From NCBI GenBank assembly GCA_965223865.1, contig OZ245020.1:1088001-1152000 (forward strand): DNA of 64,000 bases, written 5' to 3'. Both the position numbers and the translations under genes were made by a program. The notes beneath the pieces are model-generated. The model searched no databases and was not told the DNA's origin. It saw nothing but the letters and a program-made list of their open reading frames with translations. Below are positions 61,806 through 64,000 of the stretch, one piece after another (position 1 is the stretch's first letter; each line of letters begins with the position of its first letter). The stretch is from Nitrosarchaeum sp. Its GTDB lineage: Archaea > Thermoproteota > Nitrososphaeria > Nitrososphaerales > Nitrosopumilaceae.

Positions 61806-62376
61806 TCTTTACTTGTTTGTTATCTTTTAGGTCTTTTATTATTTCAAACAACTTGCAAATATCTGCCTTTAAGACCTCGATTAGTTCTTGATTGTAAATT
61901 GTAGCAGCAGGGTGAACTGTTAGAAAATAAATCTGTTTGTTTTTTCTAACTATCTTTCCTCTGTATTTTGTAATTTCTGAACCGCCTAAAATTGAATTAA
62001 AAGCAGTATTTCCTAAAATACAAATAATTTTTGGTTTGATGATGGAAACTTCTTTTTGAAGATATTCCTTACACGTACTTAGTTCTAAAGAACTAGGTAC
62101 TCTGTTATTTGGTGGTCTACATTTTACAACATTGGTTATGTATATTGATTCTCTTAAAACACCTGCATTTTGTAATGCAAGAGTAAGTCTTTTTCCTGCT
62201 GCTCCCACAAATGGTTCTCCTTGCCTATCTTCATTTCTACCTGGAGCTTCTCCAACAAAAATTACATCTGATTTAAAATTCCCTTTTCCAGGAACTGAGT
62301 TTGTACGACTGTTACAGAGTTCACATTTTTTACATTCAATAACATTTTTTCTTATTACCTCTAATTCTGTAATCAT
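61783..62376 (-). CDS. Uracil-DNA glycosylase family 4 (Fe-S)
   Basis: C..C.L, VGEAPG..ED.QG.PFVG.AG, NVVKCRPP.NR and HPAA motifs. Confidence 0.95.
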   Translation of the reverse strand: MITELEVIRKNVIECKKCELCNSRTNSVPGKGNFKSDVIFVGEAPGRNEDRQGEPFVGAAGKRLTLALQNAGVLRESIYITNVVKCRPPNNRVPSSLELSTCKEYLQKEVSIIKPKIICILGNTAFNSILGGSEITKYRGKIVRKNKQIYFLTVHPAATIYNQELIEVLKADICKLFEIIKDLKDNKQVKIDIEYTS

Positions 62377-62379
62377 TTT

Positions 62380-63801
62380 CTAATCTACACTCTTTACTGT
62401 AGCAATTCCTCTGATTGAAGGGCCTCCATTACCCATTATCATGGATTGCATGGGATCTCCTTTTCCGCAATTTGTAATTGGCCTAACTGTAAAATCATCT
62501 CCACAGGCATCAATGGATTTGAAAAATTCTGGGGCTGTATCCATAACTATGACATCTCTGACTAAATCAGTTATTTCTCCCCTCTCAATTTTTTGGGCAT
62601 ATTGGCATGATATACTCCAGTTGTGTCTCTTCATATCAATTGAAGGAATTTTCATGTTAGAAATCGTGTATCCATGTTGTACATCTTTTATCATTTCCTC
62701 TGGTTTCCAATCTCCTTTTTCTATACAGGTACAGGCCATCCTGATTAAAGGCATGAATTTGTAGCTAGTGGCTCTCATATTTCCAGTTGGTTCTGTTCCA
62801 AAAATTTGACTTGTTTCCCTATTTTGCATATGGTTTGTCAGAATTCCTTTTTCAATCAGTAATGTTCTTTGAGTTTTTACTCCTTCATCATCATAATAAT
62901 ACCATCCAAGACTCTGATTGATAGTAGGATCATCAAACACTGTTAGATTTTCAGATCCTATTTTTTCTCCTAACATTCCATTCCACCATGCACCGCCTGC
63001 CCATGCCATCTCTTTTCCTAAAACTCTGTCTGCTTCAGAAGGATGACCAAGAATTTCATGTGTTAATAATGAAACAAAGTCTGGATTCATCACCAACGTT
63101 GTCTTTTCTTCTTTTATTGGTTTTGCCAAGATTAATTCTGATGCTTTTTTTGAAATTTCATTTGCACTATTTTGAACTTTTTCATTTTCAACTAATAGTT
63201 CTAATCCTCCTCTCCCTCCTTCTGTAATGTTAACTGATTGCGTTAATCCTGATTCATGAGCAGTTGCTATCATATCAATTACTACATCTGTATAATTTTG
63301 TAAAATTTGAGATCCTTCACTACTCGTAAAATATTTTGAAGTTTCAGAAAACCAAGGATTAACTGTTGATTTTATGATCCTTGGTTTATTTGAAATTATT
63401 TTGTCACATTCAAATCCAATTTTCATTAGTTCTTCAATATTTGGTTTTTTTAAAACCTGAAACTCTTTTTTTATTTTGTATGTAGGTATTGCACACAAAT
63501 CAATTGATGTTTTTTTATTTTGTGATGAATAACTCGAATTTTTTAATGATTGCTCAATTCTAACTTTTATTTGCTCAAAAGATTGGGGATTTGTAATTGA
63601 AAAAAAACTCCATGCTCCATTTTTTAATATTTTAACTCCAATACCATTGCATATTTTTTCTCTAATGTATTCTGTTTCTCCATTTTCTATTAATACTGAT
63701 TTTTGATTTTGGTTTTCTGCTCTTACATCACAGTATTGAGCTCCTGATTCTAAGGAATATGAAACCGCTTTATCTGCTAATTCCTGAAGTTTAGAGTCCA
63801 T
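62380..63801 (-). CDS. tldD: TldD/PmbA-family metalloprotease (TldD)
   Basis: HEILGHPSEAD, DDEG and CGKG.P.Q motifs. Confidence 0.92.
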   Translation of the reverse strand: MDSKLQELADKAVSYSLESGAQYCDVRAENQNQKSVLIENGETEYIREKICNGIGVKILKNGAWSFFSITNPQSFEQIKVRIEQSLKNSSYSSQNKKTSIDLCAIPTYKIKKEFQVLKKPNIEELMKIGFECDKIISNKPRIIKSTVNPWFSETSKYFTSSEGSQILQNYTDVVIDMIATAHESGLTQSVNITEGGRGGLELLVENEKVQNSANEISKKASELILAKPIKEEKTTLVMNPDFVSLLTHEILGHPSEADRVLGKEMAWAGGAWWNGMLGEKIGSENLTVFDDPTINQSLGWYYYDDEGVKTQRTLLIEKGILTNHMQNRETSQIFGTEPTGNMRATSYKFMPLIRMACTCIEKGDWKPEEMIKDVQHGYTISNMKIPSIDMKRHNWSISCQYAQKIERGEITDLVRDVIVMDTAPEFFKSIDACGDDFTVRPITNCGKGDPMQSMIMGNGGPSIRGIATVKSVD

Positions 63802-63839
63802 AAAAAAATATGCTAACTGGAGTTCCTAAATCTTCTGCT

Positions 63840-63986
63840 TTAATAGTTCGAAATTGCAGGCATGGTAAAGTAATATTCATCCTCGAATTCATAGTCAAAA
63901 TTTCCTTTTTTTCTCAAGTGTTCAAAATATTTCGTACAGTTTTTGTAAAATTCTGAATTTTTATGATTTTTGTGGCTTTGACTCAT
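63840..63986 (-). CDS. Putative 48-aa small protein
   Basis: MSQSHKNHKNSEFYKNCTKYFEHLRKKGNFDYEFEDEYYFTMPAISNY, directly upstream of tldD. Confidence 0.5.
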   Translation of the reverse strand: MSQSHKNHKNSEFYKNCTKYFEHLRKKGNFDYEFEDEYYFTMPAISNY

Positions 63987-64000
63987 GATTTGTTTTTCTA

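Noticed and set aside
2768-63227. Many short antisense or overlapping ORFs in the ORF track (e.g. 22594-22950, 35838-36179, 38477-38938, 47281-47628)
   Set aside because: Shadow ORFs overlapping well-supported genes, with no motifs

Overview
AT-rich chromosomal segment of a Nitrosopumilus-like ammonia-oxidising archaeon (Thaumarchaeota/Nitrososphaerota). The assignment rests on a PEFG-CTERM protein, blue-copper and multicopper proteins, a CdvB-like gene beside CdvC/Vps4, a stand-alone A/V-ATPase subunit F, bacterial-type uvrBAC and an archaeal AspRS. Most of the window is housekeeping: purD/purN/folD, citrate synthase, carAB, ilvBN-leuA-leuB-like, aspS and DNA repair. The standout observation is in carB. 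The invariant GE-FDYSG motif is split by a 21-nt stop-containing insert (41471-41491) that folds into a bulge-helix-bulge/loop structure. Cutting at the canonical archaeal splicing-endonuclease positions restores the exact conserved frame, which makes it a candidate tRNA-type intron in an mRNA. An accessory stretch (about 8.3-21.2 kb) holds several decayed genes: an inactive-RadA/PolB2 cassette fused by deletion and followed by a tRNA-Ala 3'-end scar, and a roughly 1,100-aa multicopper oxidase + blue-copper + His-rich beta-propeller gene with five lesions. Several small ORFs missed by the ORF track are also reported. No CRISPR array, rRNA, intact tRNA or transposase was seen. All calls are from reading the sequence and recalled family motifs; no searches were run.
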